DNA from: a virus
Taxonomy: Duplodnaviria > Caudoviricetes
Reading direction: 5' to 3' (one strand)
DNA length: 64,000 nucleotides
Virus record (IMG/VR): IMGVR_UViG_3300042431_000223
Location: 11,006-75,005 of that record
Below the pieces are notes generated by a model. It was not told where the DNA came from, made no database searches, and saw only the letters and a program-made list of their open reading frames with translations. Positions 1-12,000 of the stretch are shown here, piece by piece. The stretch's first letter is position 1. Every line of letters begins with the position of its first letter. The position numbers and the translations under genes are program-made.

Positions 1-3000
1 CTGTAGTTTGCCGTGTTAAAGTCAGCTACACTAGTCAACTCACGTAAGCTTTCTTGCTGTGCAATAACTACTCCAAACTGTAACAAATAAGCTATGTTGC
101 GATAAGCTATGTCCTCAGAAGTAGCTAGTTGTTTGGTAGGGTCAAAGTTAGTTAAGTGTTCTTGGATTTTTGGATTTTGTATCAACAACTCTATAAACTG
201 TTGTACAGACTCTTTCCCTTTTACTTTATTCTCTTTCTGTCCCTGTTGTAAATTTACTATTGCACTTTTTAATTCTATGTCTTTAATAGGATCTATAGAA
301 GCCAACAATAATTTTTTGATAGAAGAATACTTACTAGTGAATCTTTTGTTAATCTTGCTGTCAATCTTAGATCTATTTCCCATCTCAAGAACTAACTGTA
401 CAGGACTAGATTTGATAAAGGCAATTACATCTTTTATAGGCGTTCCTGCAAGAATCATAGCATGAGCTAAAGGACTTGTCTCTTGGTTCATCCCTAAAAG
501 AATAATCCAGTCTTCTTTAGCAATATCTACGTGGCCGTTAATAAATTCACTTAGTACCTTAGATATACGATTACCATCTTGTCCTTTCTTACCTCCTAAA
601 GAAATATTACCGTCAGCATCTCTATTAGCTTTTAGGAAGTACATATTAAGTAGAGGGGATTTGTACTTAAGATTAGCTAACTGAAATTCTTTCTGCATAG
701 TGTTAATCTTAGCATCGATACCTAAAGCATCTTTAGACAAGATATTCTCTGCATAAATCCTCCAAGAGGTCATAGGATTAAATACATTGGTAGTAGAGAT
801 AGTAACTCCGTTTCCTGCGTACTCGGTTAGAACGTTATTGTTGTTAGGAGCAACTAAGTAATCATACAACTGACCTATAGACAAAATCTCTTTTAAGGTA
901 GATACTAAGTTATTAGTTATTCCTTTTTTGTAGTTTTCAATCTCGTTAATCTTTTGATTAATCTCTGCAAGATCACTTCGCACTTGTGAAATAATTCCTA
1001 GAGACTTAAAATCTACAGATTGATTAGTTGCTTTTAAATCAGCAATTGCTCGCGATCTTGTTTCTACTTTTTCAGATAGTTTGTCTAAACCTGCAGCTTT
1101 ATCTTCTGGAGTAATTTCGGACCTATCTAACAACTCATTAAGAGCCTTAACACTTTTATCAACTTCTTTATTAAGTTTTTTAAGTTCTTCCTTTAAATCT
1201 TTTCTACGAGCATAGGCTGGATTAGTTTCCAACTCTTCTCTCAGTAATCTACTTATAGAAACTAAACGTTGCTTTTCTCGTTTTAAGTCGCGTTGCTCTT
1301 CTAACTTACTTTTGTAGACTTCAAGATTAAACTCTTTACTTACTATCTTACCATTCTCATCATAAGCTGTTTCGAAGAAAGTTAACTTATCAATGTCATA
1401 GTCACCTCCAGACTTAACTACAATCTGCGCAGGAAGAATCATAACGGCCCCTGAAGACTCAGGTAAGAACTCTTTTATGATTACATGCTCCATAGACTGA
1501 AAGCCTTGTACAGGAATACGTACTCCTGCCATAGTAATTAAGTCTTTATGTTTTTCTCTCCATAGTGCAGCTAAAGGACTATTAGATTTTAGAATTTCGT
1601 TGAGTGTTTGTAGATTTCCAACAGGTTTATCTTTATAAGTTAGCTTAAGTAACCCTGCATGTTTTTCTGGATTAAATCCAATCTTTACCTCCATAGGTAA
1701 AGTCTTACCTGTAGCAGGATCAAATCGGTAGAACTGTAGTTCATTAGCACCGTACTCAGCAAGTTGTTCTGCTGTAGGTTTAGCAAATCTTCTTCGCTCA
1801 AACCCTACTCCTGCAACTTGGATATAACTTTCTCCATGAACCTTTTGATTAATAACTTTGTTATTGATGAAGTTCAGTAGAGTAGATTCAATTTGACTTC
1901 TGTCTTTAATAGCGTCTAAAGGATATTTAAGATTTCCACTCTCATCTATTTGAATAAATTTACGTAAGGATTCTGGAACCTCATTCTTTTCAAACTCCTT
2001 AGTAATATAACTAGCGAGTTGTAATTGATTTAAATTTGTTATGTTACCTTGAGCATCTCTAGTTATTCCTAACTTTCTTTCTAGTTTAACTTGTTCAAAA
2101 GCAACCATATCTTTAACGGTCTTTTTGAATGTGTCGTATAAATTAGATACTTGTGCTTGAGTTTCTTCACTAAAGTCCTCAGACAGTTGACCAAACTCAT
2201 AGAAATCTCCAAACACAAGTTTCATCATCTGTGTAGATAGAGTACTTGTTTCTTTAAATTTAGGAGCTTGATATTGTTGCTGCCTTAAGTTCTGTAGATG
2301 TATTGAAGTTACATTAGCATTTGACAATGCATCGTTAACTACTTTTATCTTACCATCAGGACTATCTACCTCTTTGTAGAAATCAAGCATTTCTCCAAAG
2401 TCTGCCATCTTAGAACCAGACTTAAAGGTATAGTAGTCTATTTGGTTTTTGTACATTAACTCTAGTTGTTTCTCTAATTGCTTTCCAAGTACAGCACTGG
2501 GAACTATTGGAATTAACGAGTACTTATGTAATGCAATAAGTTTAGGATCTTCTACAATAGACCCATAATGCCCTAATTTTAATGGAGGAAAAGGAACTAT
2601 TCCCTGTTTGTTTATTAGACTGTTTCTTTCTTCTATTAACTCTTCAGCATTAGTTGGATTAGTTTTTAACTCAGAACCAATCTGAGCTATTCTAACTTGA
2701 TCGTTGTACGCAGCTTCTTGTTCGTCACTCCAGCCTTCAGTAGAGATTAAATAGTTTCTATAAAAGTCAAGAGTAATTAAACCTTGAGCATTGCCTTCTT
2801 CGTCACTTTTCTTTACATATGCGCTGTATTCAAACTTATCACTTTTTGCTAGTGAGTCCCATAAACCACTATCGTAGACTTCCTTGTAAGTAGCAAATTC
2901 TTCGTCAGTAAAAGTAAGTACGTCATTATAAACTACAGTTCTTACAACGGGGCTAAATTTGTGTTCTACTCCCGTCATTGCAATACTAATTGCATCTTGG

Positions 3001-6000
3001 TTTATGTCTTCTTCAAAAAATTCCTCTAAAGCACTATCCCAGAAAGGAGGAATACCAGGAGAAGAAGTAAAAGGAATACGTTTAAATACCTCGCGTGCAT
3101 CCTTTGCTAGTTTGTTAAAGTTACCCATGTTACCAACAAACATTTTCATAAACTCAACGTTGTGTATGAAACCGTTCTTAAGGTAAGTTTCTGCTAAATA
3201 TTCAATGTTTTCTTTAGTTACTTTTGGCTTAACTCCTTTAGGCAAAAGCTGGGTATTAATAAACTTAAGTTTGTTTAAACTTGTTACAGCCTCAGATAAT
3301 CTTTCTGCTTGTGAAGCTATCTGGCCTTTAGAGTTTACAGGAAAAGATAAAGTCTTAACTAATTCTTTTGCTAGTTTCTTAGCCTCCTGACTAAAATATG
3401 CATCTAATCTATCTGGTAAAATTTGAACAGCTTGGTCATATAGTCTTTGTATATCTTCTTTAGTCTGTGCGTCTTTTACAGCATTAGCTATTTCAGGAAT
3501 TATAGAAGAAAAAATAAATAAGTTCTTACCTTGTTTATGGTACGTAGTATTCGCTCCTTGAGGATTCTCCATTAAATCTAGAACTCTACTAAACTCACCA
3601 GCTAGGTAGTTAGTCATAGTTTCTAGAAAAACTTTTCTAGCAGCTAAGTCTGCTTCGTCTCCTCCTATGCCTTCTAACTTACTGGGTACAATAGGTACGT
3701 ATATCTTTTCTCCTAATACAGGATTACTAAAAGACATACTAAAAGAACTAGACTTATCACCAAAACGAATGTTTTCCATTTCGGTAGATTGAAAAAATCC
3801 TAAAAAGTCTTGAAGTACTTTATCTCCTGGATGTAAGTCTGTAGTAGTTTGTCCTACTTTACTTTCAAACTTTTTAATCTCTAATCCGTTATAATCCCTT
3901 ACTTCAATATCTACAGGCAAACCAAACTTCTTCCTCTTAGTGTACGAATTTAATGGGTTCGCTTCAATCTCTGCAAGTGTAGTAGGCAATCCAAACAATC
4001 TATTTAACCAAAGAGAACCTATAACGTCAGGATTTCTTCTATAATCAAATCTTTCAAATCCTGGAGTATTAATTAACTCTTCGTAGTTTTTAGCCTCATT
4101 AATAGCTTTAGTAGTTTGAGTTAAGTAAAACCAAGGACCTCTTGTAAACTTCTTTTTGTCATCTGCTGTTAAGTACGAACTTGGTCTAAGTTCAATATCA
4201 AAAGTACTTATGTATTCAATTAGTCGTTTAGCTTCTGTTTCTTTTTTAGCTAAGAATCCTTTAAAAGTATTTGCATCTCGGATTCCTTTTCCAGCAAGCT
4301 TATTCTGTGTAACAAAACTGTTTATAACTTCTTGTACGTCTTCAGAAAAGTTTTGCCCATCAGGAAATACTTGATTGTCTGAGTTAGCTATGTACGTAAG
4401 AGGGCCTTTAATTACTATAGTAGGTTTTCCGTTTTTAGCTAATGCATTATTTATTTGATTAGTTAAAGTAAGTTTAAAGAAAACATTAGAGTAAGGCTTA
4501 AAGTTTTCTACAAACACCTCAATTGTCTTATCGATGTTTGATGGTAAAAAGTAATCTTTGTTTGAAAGTCCTGCACCAAGAGCATTAAGAAACTCAGAAA
4601 ATTTATTAATGTAAAAGTCTTTCTTGTTTCCTGTAAACAATGCTTGTATTTTTTTTGCACTTTCTGCAGGAGTGTTTCTGCTAGACAAAGCATCAATAAC
4701 TGTACTATTACTTCCTCCGAACAAAGGAGTAAAATCAGAAACAAATTTAGCTAGGTTAAACTCAACTCCATTTTCTCCTTGGATTGCGTAATCTTGATTA
4801 AATGCAAAGTATTGTTTATCTAGCTGATTAAATAAATTTTTAATATTTCTATATCCTTTGATTTGTTGTGTTACTATTCCTAGGTTTTTTTCATTGTTAA
4901 TGTTTACTGAGACGGCAATTGTTTCGGGATTACTAAAAATTCTCTTTAGTCCCATTGCAAACATAATTTGCTTAATAGTTTTCAAACTTCCTTTTACTCT
5001 AGGATCAGGAAGACGTTTTATCAATAAGTTAAATTGAGGATGAGTTATTGCTAAGTCCTTAATTGCATCATACTGTTTTGTATAATCGGTAATTCCCGAT
5101 AAAGCCGTACTAATTAAGTTCCAGTTTCTTTGGAAGTCTCCCGACTTAGGTAAGCCAAGTAATCCTCCTTTGATTAAAACTCTTTCATCGCTGTTATAGG
5201 GTCTATTTGCATCAAAGTTAAACTCACCTGTAGCAGCTCTTCTGTATGAAGGTAAAGAAGTAACTAAACCTAAGATACGTTTACTTGATCTTTGTTTTTG
5301 TCCTTTGTTAGTCCAATCTTCTCCTTCTCCAATATCTGCGGCTCCTTCATCTACACCTACAACAGTATCTTGACTTAAGTACCATTCTTTAAATAACTCA
5401 AAGTTATCTGCTATTTCAGTAAGAGCTTTAATTTGTTTTACTTGACTAGGTAAAACATTCTTAGGATCTAGTTGACTAACTAATGTATTTTTTTGGTCTA
5501 AAATAGCTTTTTGTGCTTCTGCCCAACTGTTAGTACTTCCCAACAAGTATTCAAAGGTTTCAAAAATCTCTTGTGACTCAGCTTCAGTAAAATGGACTTC
5601 AACAGGAATACCCCCAATATTTGCATTATAAAAGTTGATTGCTCTGTTTGTAGGAATATTTACACTTTGAATTTTTTGAGATAAGATATCATCTTGGATA
5701 CGTTGACGTTGCTCTATATAATCTAGTACTTGATTTAAGTTATAATTACCTGAATCGTTCTTATGGTACTTAGAAGTAAAGTCAGCAAAGAAAGTATCAG
5801 CTATTATCTTTAGAGCCTCTATCCTATTTCCTTTAGTTATAGGATGAGCCATTAGCTCTTGGTATAATGGATTGTCGATTACTTCGTCTCCAACTTTAAT
5901 CTTATCTAAAGGTTGTTCATTGTTTTTATTCCAAACAAATATTATTGAAGATGGCTTCAAGAAACCTTCGTATTCCTTTTCGTAAGGCGTACCTTTTATA

Positions 6001-6014
6001 CTACAAGCGTTCAT
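1..6014 (-). CDS. Virion (injected) RNA polymerase, crAss-type two-barrel RNAP; 3' end runs off the window (>=2004 aa)
   Basis: ATG at 6014 overlaps the TAA of the upstream gene (TAATG). Spot translations at 6014, ~1560-1380 and 60-3 are all in the same open frame, and the ORF track lists no terminated ORF in this frame. Reads ...GVRIPVQGFQSMEHVIIKEFLPESSGAVMILPAQIVVKSGGDYDIDKL, with DYDID at 1389-1403, matching the DFDID-type catalytic motif of crAss-like RNAPs. Confidence 0.9.
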   Translation of the reverse strand, partial: MNACSIKGTPYEKEYEGFLKPSSIIFVWNKNNEQPLDKIKVGDEVIDNPLYQELMAHPITKGNRIEALKIIADTFFADFTSKYHKNDSGNYNLNQVLDYIEQRQRIQDDILSQKIQSVNIPTNRAINFYNANIGGIPVEVHFTEAESQEIFETFEYLLGSTNSWAEAQKAILDQKNTLVSQLDPKNVLPSQVKQIKALTEIADNFELFKEWYLSQDTVVGVDEGAADIGEGEDWTNKGQKQRSSKRILGLVTSLPSYRRAATGEFNFDANRPYNSDERVLIKGGLLGLPKSGDFQRNWNLISTALSGITDYTKQYDAIKDLAITHPQFNLLIKRLPDPRVKGSLKTIKQIMFAMGLKRIFSNPETIAVSVNINNEKNLGIVTQQIKGYRNIKNLFNQLDKQYFAFNQDYAIQGENGVEFNLAKFVSDFTPLFGGSNSTVIDALSSRNTPAESAKKIQALFTGNKKDFYINKFSEFLNALGAGLSNKDYFLPSNIDKTIEVFVENFKPYSNVFFKLTLTNQINNALAKNGKPTIVIKGPLTYIANSDNQVFPDGQNFSEDVQEVINSFVTQNKLAGKGIRDANTFKGFLAKKETEAKRLIEYISTFDIELRPSSYLTADDKKKFTRGPWFYLTQTTKAINEAKNYEELINTPGFERFDYRRNPDVIGSLWLNRLFGLPTTLAEIEANPLNSYTKRKKFGLPVDIEVRDYNGLEIKKFESKVGQTTTDLHPGDKVLQDFLGFFQSTEMENIRFGDKSSSFSMSFSNPVLGEKIYVPIVPSKLEGIGGDEADLAARKVFLETMTNYLAGEFSRVLDLMENPQGANTTYHKQGKNLFIFSSIIPEIANAVKDAQTKEDIQRLYDQAVQILPDRLDAYFSQEAKKLAKELVKTLSFPVNSKGQIASQAERLSEAVTSLNKLKFINTQLLPKGVKPKVTKENIEYLAETYLKNGFIHNVEFMKMFVGNMGNFNKLAKDAREVFKRIPFTSSPGIPPFWDSALEEFFEEDINQDAISIAMTGVEHKFSPVVRTVVYNDVLTFTDEEFATYKEVYDSGLWDSLAKSDKFEYSAYVKKSDEEGNAQGLITLDFYRNYLISTEGWSDEQEAAYNDQVRIAQIGSELKTNPTNAEELIEERNSLINKQGIVPFPPLKLGHYGSIVEDPKLIALHKYSLIPIVPSAVLGKQLEKQLELMYKNQIDYYTFKSGSKMADFGEMLDFYKEVDSPDGKIKVVNDALSNANVTSIHLQNLRQQQYQAPKFKETSTLSTQMMKLVFGDFYEFGQLSEDFSEETQAQVSNLYDTFKKTVKDMVAFEQVKLERKLGITRDAQGNITNLNQLQLASYITKEFEKNEVPESLRKFIQIDESGNLKYPLDAIKDRSQIESTLLNFINNKVINQKVHGESYIQVAGVGFERRRFAKPTAEQLAEYGANELQFYRFDPATGKTLPMEVKIGFNPEKHAGLLKLTYKDKPVGNLQTLNEILKSNSPLAALWREKHKDLITMAGVRIPVQGFQSMEHVIIKEFLPESSGAVMILPAQIVVKSGGDYDIDKLTFFETAYDENGKIVSKEFNLEVYKSKLEEQRDLKREKQRLVSISRLLREELETNPAYARRKDLKEELKKLNKEVDKSVKALNELLDRSEITPEDKAAGLDKLSEKVETRSRAIADLKATNQSVDFKSLGIISQVRSDLAEINQKINEIENYKKGITNNLVSTLKEILSIGQLYDYLVAPNNNNVLTEYAGNGVTISTTNVFNPMTSWRIYAENILSKDALGIDAKINTMQKEFQLANLKYKSPLLNMYFLKANRDADGNISLGGKKGQDGNRISKVLSEFINGHVDIAKEDWIILLGMNQETSPLAHAMILAGTPIKDVIAFIKSSPVQLVLEMGNRSKIDSKINKRFTSKYSSIKKLLLASIDPIKDIELKSAIVNLQQGQKENKVKGKESVQQFIELLIQNPKIQEHLTNFDPTKQLATSEDIAYRNIAYLLQFGVVIAQQESLRELTSVADFNTANY

Positions 6015-9000
6015 TAGTTACAGGGTGGTGGGTTTTTAGTTTCTGGGGTGTGATCTCTCTCATCTAAATCTTTTGTATCACCTAAAGTTAGACCTAGCGA
6101 ATTTAATATAAGTAACGCATTTTTAGCTTCACTGTCAGTAAATTCTTTGTTAGATTCTTTAATTTGATTAATCTGATTTTCACTAATATTTATAGGCTGA
6201 CTTGCTTTAGGATTAGCTGTCCGAAGGTCTAACTGAGTCATAACGTTCTTGTCGTATGTCAGCTTAATAACTGCATCAGATATGTCACTTTTGTTCTGAG
6301 GTAATACAGGAACTCGGTTTGCAGCTTGCGTCAACATGTTAATTGTGATAACGCCATCATTTACTTCGTACTGAGAAGCGTAAGCATAGATATTAATACT
6401 AACTACAGGCAAGTCAAAGTCTTCTGATAGTATAGCATAGGTAGTCTGTTGACTTCCCCATTTCTTAATGTTTGAAGGTATTTTATCTGTAGAGATATAA
6501 AGACCATTCTTAAAGTGCTGTTCATTTCTAAACTTCTTATTTTTAAAGTCGATAATATGAACTCCTCCATCAGCATCTACTGCTACAATATCCATAGCAC
6601 CTGCTACACCAGCATAACCAGTTGCTAGTTTTTCTGCATCAGTAAACTTACGGTAAACTACAAGTCCTTCGGTAAATAGCTGATATCCGTTGCGGTTTAG
6701 TTCTTTCTTAAATTCCTGAAGTTCTTTTACAGCTGCGTCAAACTGTTCTTGAGTTAGTTCTAGTTTATAACCTTTACCGTCTCTAAGAACTTTACCCATA
6801 CCTTCTGCTTCTTTAATGTACTCTTCTCTAGATTTTAAAGTACGCCCTCCAAGAACGTCACGGCCAATAATATCAAGTAAGTTACCGACAGCAGCACCTA
6901 ACTCCATTAACTCTTTATTTTCTGTAGGCTCTCCAGTTTCAACTCCATTAGTATCTGCGTCTCCTAAAGTTCTCTTAGTAAATCCAGATTGACGCTCATA
7001 CTTCTCCCCATCAATAATGTAACCTACTTTATCAGGATCAGGTATAGTTTTAGCTTTAGCAACTAATTTGTTAAGCGATTCTATTGTTTTGTTTTGGCTA
7101 TCCGCATTAACAATAACTCTAGTTACTTTTTCTGACTTTTTAGTTTCTACAGGAGAAAGACTTTCTGTTACAGGAATCATTTCATCTGTAAAGAATTCGT
7201 AGACAAGACTTCGTGTTATTGTTCCATCTTTATCCTGCTTCTTATCAACTCTAGGTCTTCCATTTAATTGAACTCCTTTATTAACTCTCTCCCCTTCTTT
7301 TACTTTTCCTCTTAAACCGTCCATTGCTTTTTGTTGTGAAGTAACTTCACCTTTACCTTGTTTACTTGTAGGTAAATAAACTAGCAAAGCTTGATTACCA
7401 TTATTTGTTTTATTACCCTCACTATCAAACTTTTGAACACGTCCCTCAGTATCAACTGCTGTAAATGTCAAAGCATTTAAATCTTTAAAGTCAATACCTT
7501 CTGAAGCTATTATAGGGAAAGTTAAAACTGTTTCAGGATCTTTAACATCAAGGAAAGGAAACCATTGTTTATCGAACATTTCATTTCCTTTACTATCAAG
7601 CATAGGATTTCCTTCTGCGTCAAGAATAGGAGTTTTCTTCAAAAATAAAATCCTATCATTCTTAGAAAGAACTTCTACGTCTCTTACAACTCTTCCGTCT
7701 TTTAAATTAATTTGAGCTACTGTCTTAGGTTCCCATTCTCCTTTTGCATTTTTCCTTGCTTTGTTAAGAGCAAAGATTTCAGCTTGAGTTGCATTTTTAT
7801 TGATTTGAGTTTGTTGATTAACGTCTACTCGAGAAACATTTCCAATCATCTGAGAGTCAAACATATAGTTCAATGCAGATGCTTTCATAAATCCTTCTGG
7901 AAACAATCCCATAAACTCTAATTTAAGCTGAGCTAAACGTTCAGGAGTTGGCTTAGATTTAACTTCGTTAAAGATAGTTTCCATCTGCTGTAAAGTAGAT
8001 TCACCAAGAACTTGTTCAATAACAGTAAACAAATCAACAATACTAGTATTAGTAGTTCTATGTTCTTTATCTATAGTTCTAGTTATTTTCTCTTGTACCC
8101 CAGCATGTTTTGCGTCCTTGTGATTTTCGCTATTTGGTATAAATACAGGACTAGTTTCCATTAACTGAGTTTGATTGTTAACTTGACTTACCTGCTCTTC
8201 ATTCTTAGGAGGCTCAGGATTAGTTTCAGCATTAGATGCTTTGTAATTTACTTCAGTTGTACCTACGTTAAAGTCGGTATCAAAAGGAGACACAGGGGCT
8301 TCTATGATTGTTTTAGCTTTTTTGCTTTTCTTTGCTCTAGCGTCTTTTTTCTTTTTAGCAATTAAATCTCTTATACTACTATACCTAGGATCAGTATCAG
8401 GATTCATAGATCCGTAGAAAGTAGTTGGAGATTTAGATGTAACTCCTCCTATCCCTCCTGGGTACTGTAGTATGAAATCTATAAGATCTTGTGGGCTTAT
8501 CTCTTGACCTCCATTTAAATCAGTTGCACGTTGTGCTATTCTATCTAAACTAAATCCTTCTCCTTTCTTACCAAGATAGCCAAAGATAATTGCTTTACCT
8601 TCTCTACCCTGTAAGTTTGCTTTATCTGAAAATGCAACAAAAGAATCTCTAGTTACTCGCATCTCATCTAAAGCTTGGGCAATGGGAGGCAAGTCTCCTA
8701 CACCAGATAAGAAAGCTTCTTTCTCCATTTGATACTCCATGTACAGCTGTTCGTCAGCAATAGCATCTTGTAACTCTTCTTCCCTACGTCGAGCGTCTTC
8801 TTCTCTTTGTATTCTTTCTTGCTCTTCTCTAGCTGCTAATTCTTCTGGAGTTAACCTAGGTTGATTCTCAAGTAAATTTAATTGTCTCCCTCCAGCACTT
8901 CTAGGTTTTTCTATAGCAGCTACATCATCTGTAGAAGCAGCAGTAGATTCTTCTAAATCAACTATTGGATCTTCTATAATAGGCTCTACAACTCTAGGTG

Positions 9001-12000
9001 CAAACTTCAGTTTGCTTGTATCCATGTTTGCTTTAATTAAAAGCATCTCAAACATGTGTGTGTAGTCTTCTTCAAACAGTGGCTTGTCGTTAGCCATTGC
9101 CTCCATTAACTCAAGAGTCTTAACAATGTCTTCGGGAGTAGAACCTGCAGCTTCCATAACAACACGCATTTTAGCTTGTGCGGCTTCTAAAGAATCAGAC
9201 TCTAATATATCTCCTAACAAGTTAGCTATTATAACAGCTCGTTCTTTACTATACTCTTCAGTAGTTACTAACTCTGCTTCAGTTTCATTTTGTGTAGTAA
9301 CCACTTCAGTCTCAGGCATAGATTCTAGCATCTCAACTGCCTCAGTAAATTCTGGAGTAACGTCACTAGGTAAAAGTTCTGGACTAGTTACTTCTATTGT
9401 TTTACCTGTTTCAGAATCTATTTCTTCGGTAGTTACTGTTTCTCTTGCCTCGGTACTAGTATCCGTAGGTTGTGCTGCTTCTCTTCTCTGCCTTCTTTCT
9501 TCTACCTTCTTATCTATGTCTTTTCTGTTTCCGTCTGTAAAGTCTAAGAAACTTCCAGTATCATAAAATACACTTTGAGGAAAACTATCTGCATTCTCAA
9601 TTACCTCAGTTAAAGCAATACCTAAATCATTAGATTGATTAACAATTCCTTGCCACCACTCTGTTTGTTTTTGGTCTCTTTCTTCTTGGTCTTCAATTTC
9701 CAATAATTCTCTTGGAATTACTTTAGTAATTGCTTTTTTAAGAATACCGTCTACCTCTGTTTTTCTATTTGCTATGTCTTCAAATTGATCACTATACTCT
9801 TTAACTATTGCTTCTAGTTCAGCATTTTGCTCGTCGTTTAATTGTTCTATTGCCTCGTCTCTATCATAAGAAGAGTTTTCATCTACTCCTTGTTCCGCAG
9901 TTTGGTTTATGGTATTATAATTTTCTCCTAAAACCGTTTGCAGATACGCGTCTATATGTCTTTCTTGTTCAACTTCTAGTGCTTCAAGTTGTTGGTCAAA
10001 ATAACCATTCAAAAAAGATATTAAATCTTTTCCTCTGTCAGGAGCCAAGTAAGCTTGAGCTAAAGCATTTATTAACTCTTCTTCGCTACTTATACTCTCT
10101 AGGTTAGTTGTAGTATTTGTATTTTCTATATGATCTACAATAGGATTGTAAGTACCTGCTTGTATAGCATTTTCCTCTGCTTGTTTACGTTCTTGTATCA
10201 GAGTAGACAGACTGTCTCTGTACTCCCTCATACTGTCTACAAAGTACTGAGGTCTTTCCTCAGCAATAGCTAATGCAGTAAAGTCATCTACTTCTTTTTC
10301 TACACTTTCTAGATTTGAAGTAGTACTTAATCTTCCTAGTCCTAATTTCTTTTTTACATTATCGTCAAGAACAGCTTTCTTATCTTCGTCTGTCATTTGA
10401 CTATAAAAGTCTGCTCTTTCCTTGTACTCAGAGATTTTTTTGCTAGCCTCTTCTGCTTGTTTTAAAAGTTCTTCTTTTTGTTCTGGAGTGTATGTATTCT
10501 TTTCTAATCCTGTTAACTTTTCTTCTATAGACTTTTGTTTAAGTACATTCTTAAAGTAATCAAACTGAAAGTTAGGATCTTCCATTAAGTCTACTAACTG
10601 AGTTACTTTACCTGCTCTTGCATTTCTCAGTTTACTTATTCCATACTCTTTTTCTACAGATTCAAGTTCTTGGATTTTGCTAATAACTTGAGCAGCTTTA
10701 TCTTGTGACATCTCACCAGCTTTAACTGCCTCTTGTACTTTGTTTTTGTAGTACTGAGAGTTAAGCATAATGTCATACATCTCACCATACTTTCTATTCT
10801 CTTTATATTGCTTAAGTTGGTTTTTTACACCAAAAGGAAAACTAACAAATGCTCCTGCAAATGCACTCTCGATACCTTCTAAAGTAAGTTCTTCTTTAGG
10901 TTTTGCTTGTAGGTTAGCTAGTCCTAAATTACTAGCTGCTACATTTAAGATTTCTGCCGTAACCTCTTCTAATCCTTCTTCTGCTCCTCGACTAATCATA
11001 AGTCTGCCAACAGCTCCTCCTTTTCCTGCTAGGGCTAAAGAGCGAGTTGCTAAATAATCTAACGCTTTGGGAGAAAAAGCATCTCCAAAAACATTTCCAT
11101 ATAATGTTCTATACTGTTGAAAACTTCCTCTCCACGCTTTGCCTAAAACACCTGCTTCTGCAAAATCATCTAAGTAACGCATTTCTGGGAAAACGTTTTC
11201 TGTAAATACTTCAATAGATGTAGTAATACCTGCAACTGCATGTGCTTTTGCACTTGCATTTTCTACACCTCGTTCATACAAATCATTGTAAGTACTTACG
11301 TATGTTTGAGGATAAATTATAGATCCCATAGCTATTGCACCAGGAACCCTTTGACTTAATAGATTAACTAATGGATTTTTACTTGCAGCAGTTACAGTTT
11401 GAAATGCTTTAGAGTAACTGTTGGTAGCTCCTAATATCTGAGTAAATTGTTTTGCTCTGGTAGCAGACATCAAACCTTTACCAATTAGGGTAGTCATTCC
11501 TGCACTTAATCCTCTTCCTGCTAAAGCAGTTATTCCTGTACCTCCAACTAAAGTTGATATAACCAACGGAGTCATTTGTGCTCCTTGATATAATAAAGTA
11601 CTTGGTTGGTAGTGTTTTTCTCCTGATTCATCTATAAATGTATAATCAGCAGTTGTTTGAAATTGTCCTTTTTTGTTTACTCTTTCAAAGTTTACAAGTT
11701 CGTCAACAGTAACCATATTGTTGAATCTTCTTGACTTAGTTTCGAGCCAATCCCATCCTGTCATTTTTCCAACTGCCTCTACCATTTGTCCTGGAATTAA
11801 AGCAGCTCCAGAAAAAAGATGCTGCCCTGTTCTCCAAGTAGTAAATCCTGCTTTCTTCCAATTTGTTTCTCCAAATTGAATCTCAGCTTTTGCTTGCTTT
11901 TTATCTTCTAAGTCTAGGTACGAAGTGAGGAATCCTTTTAACTCAGAATTACTTCTATAGTTTTTAGGATCATGAATTTCTGCAACTTTGGTAATTAGCT

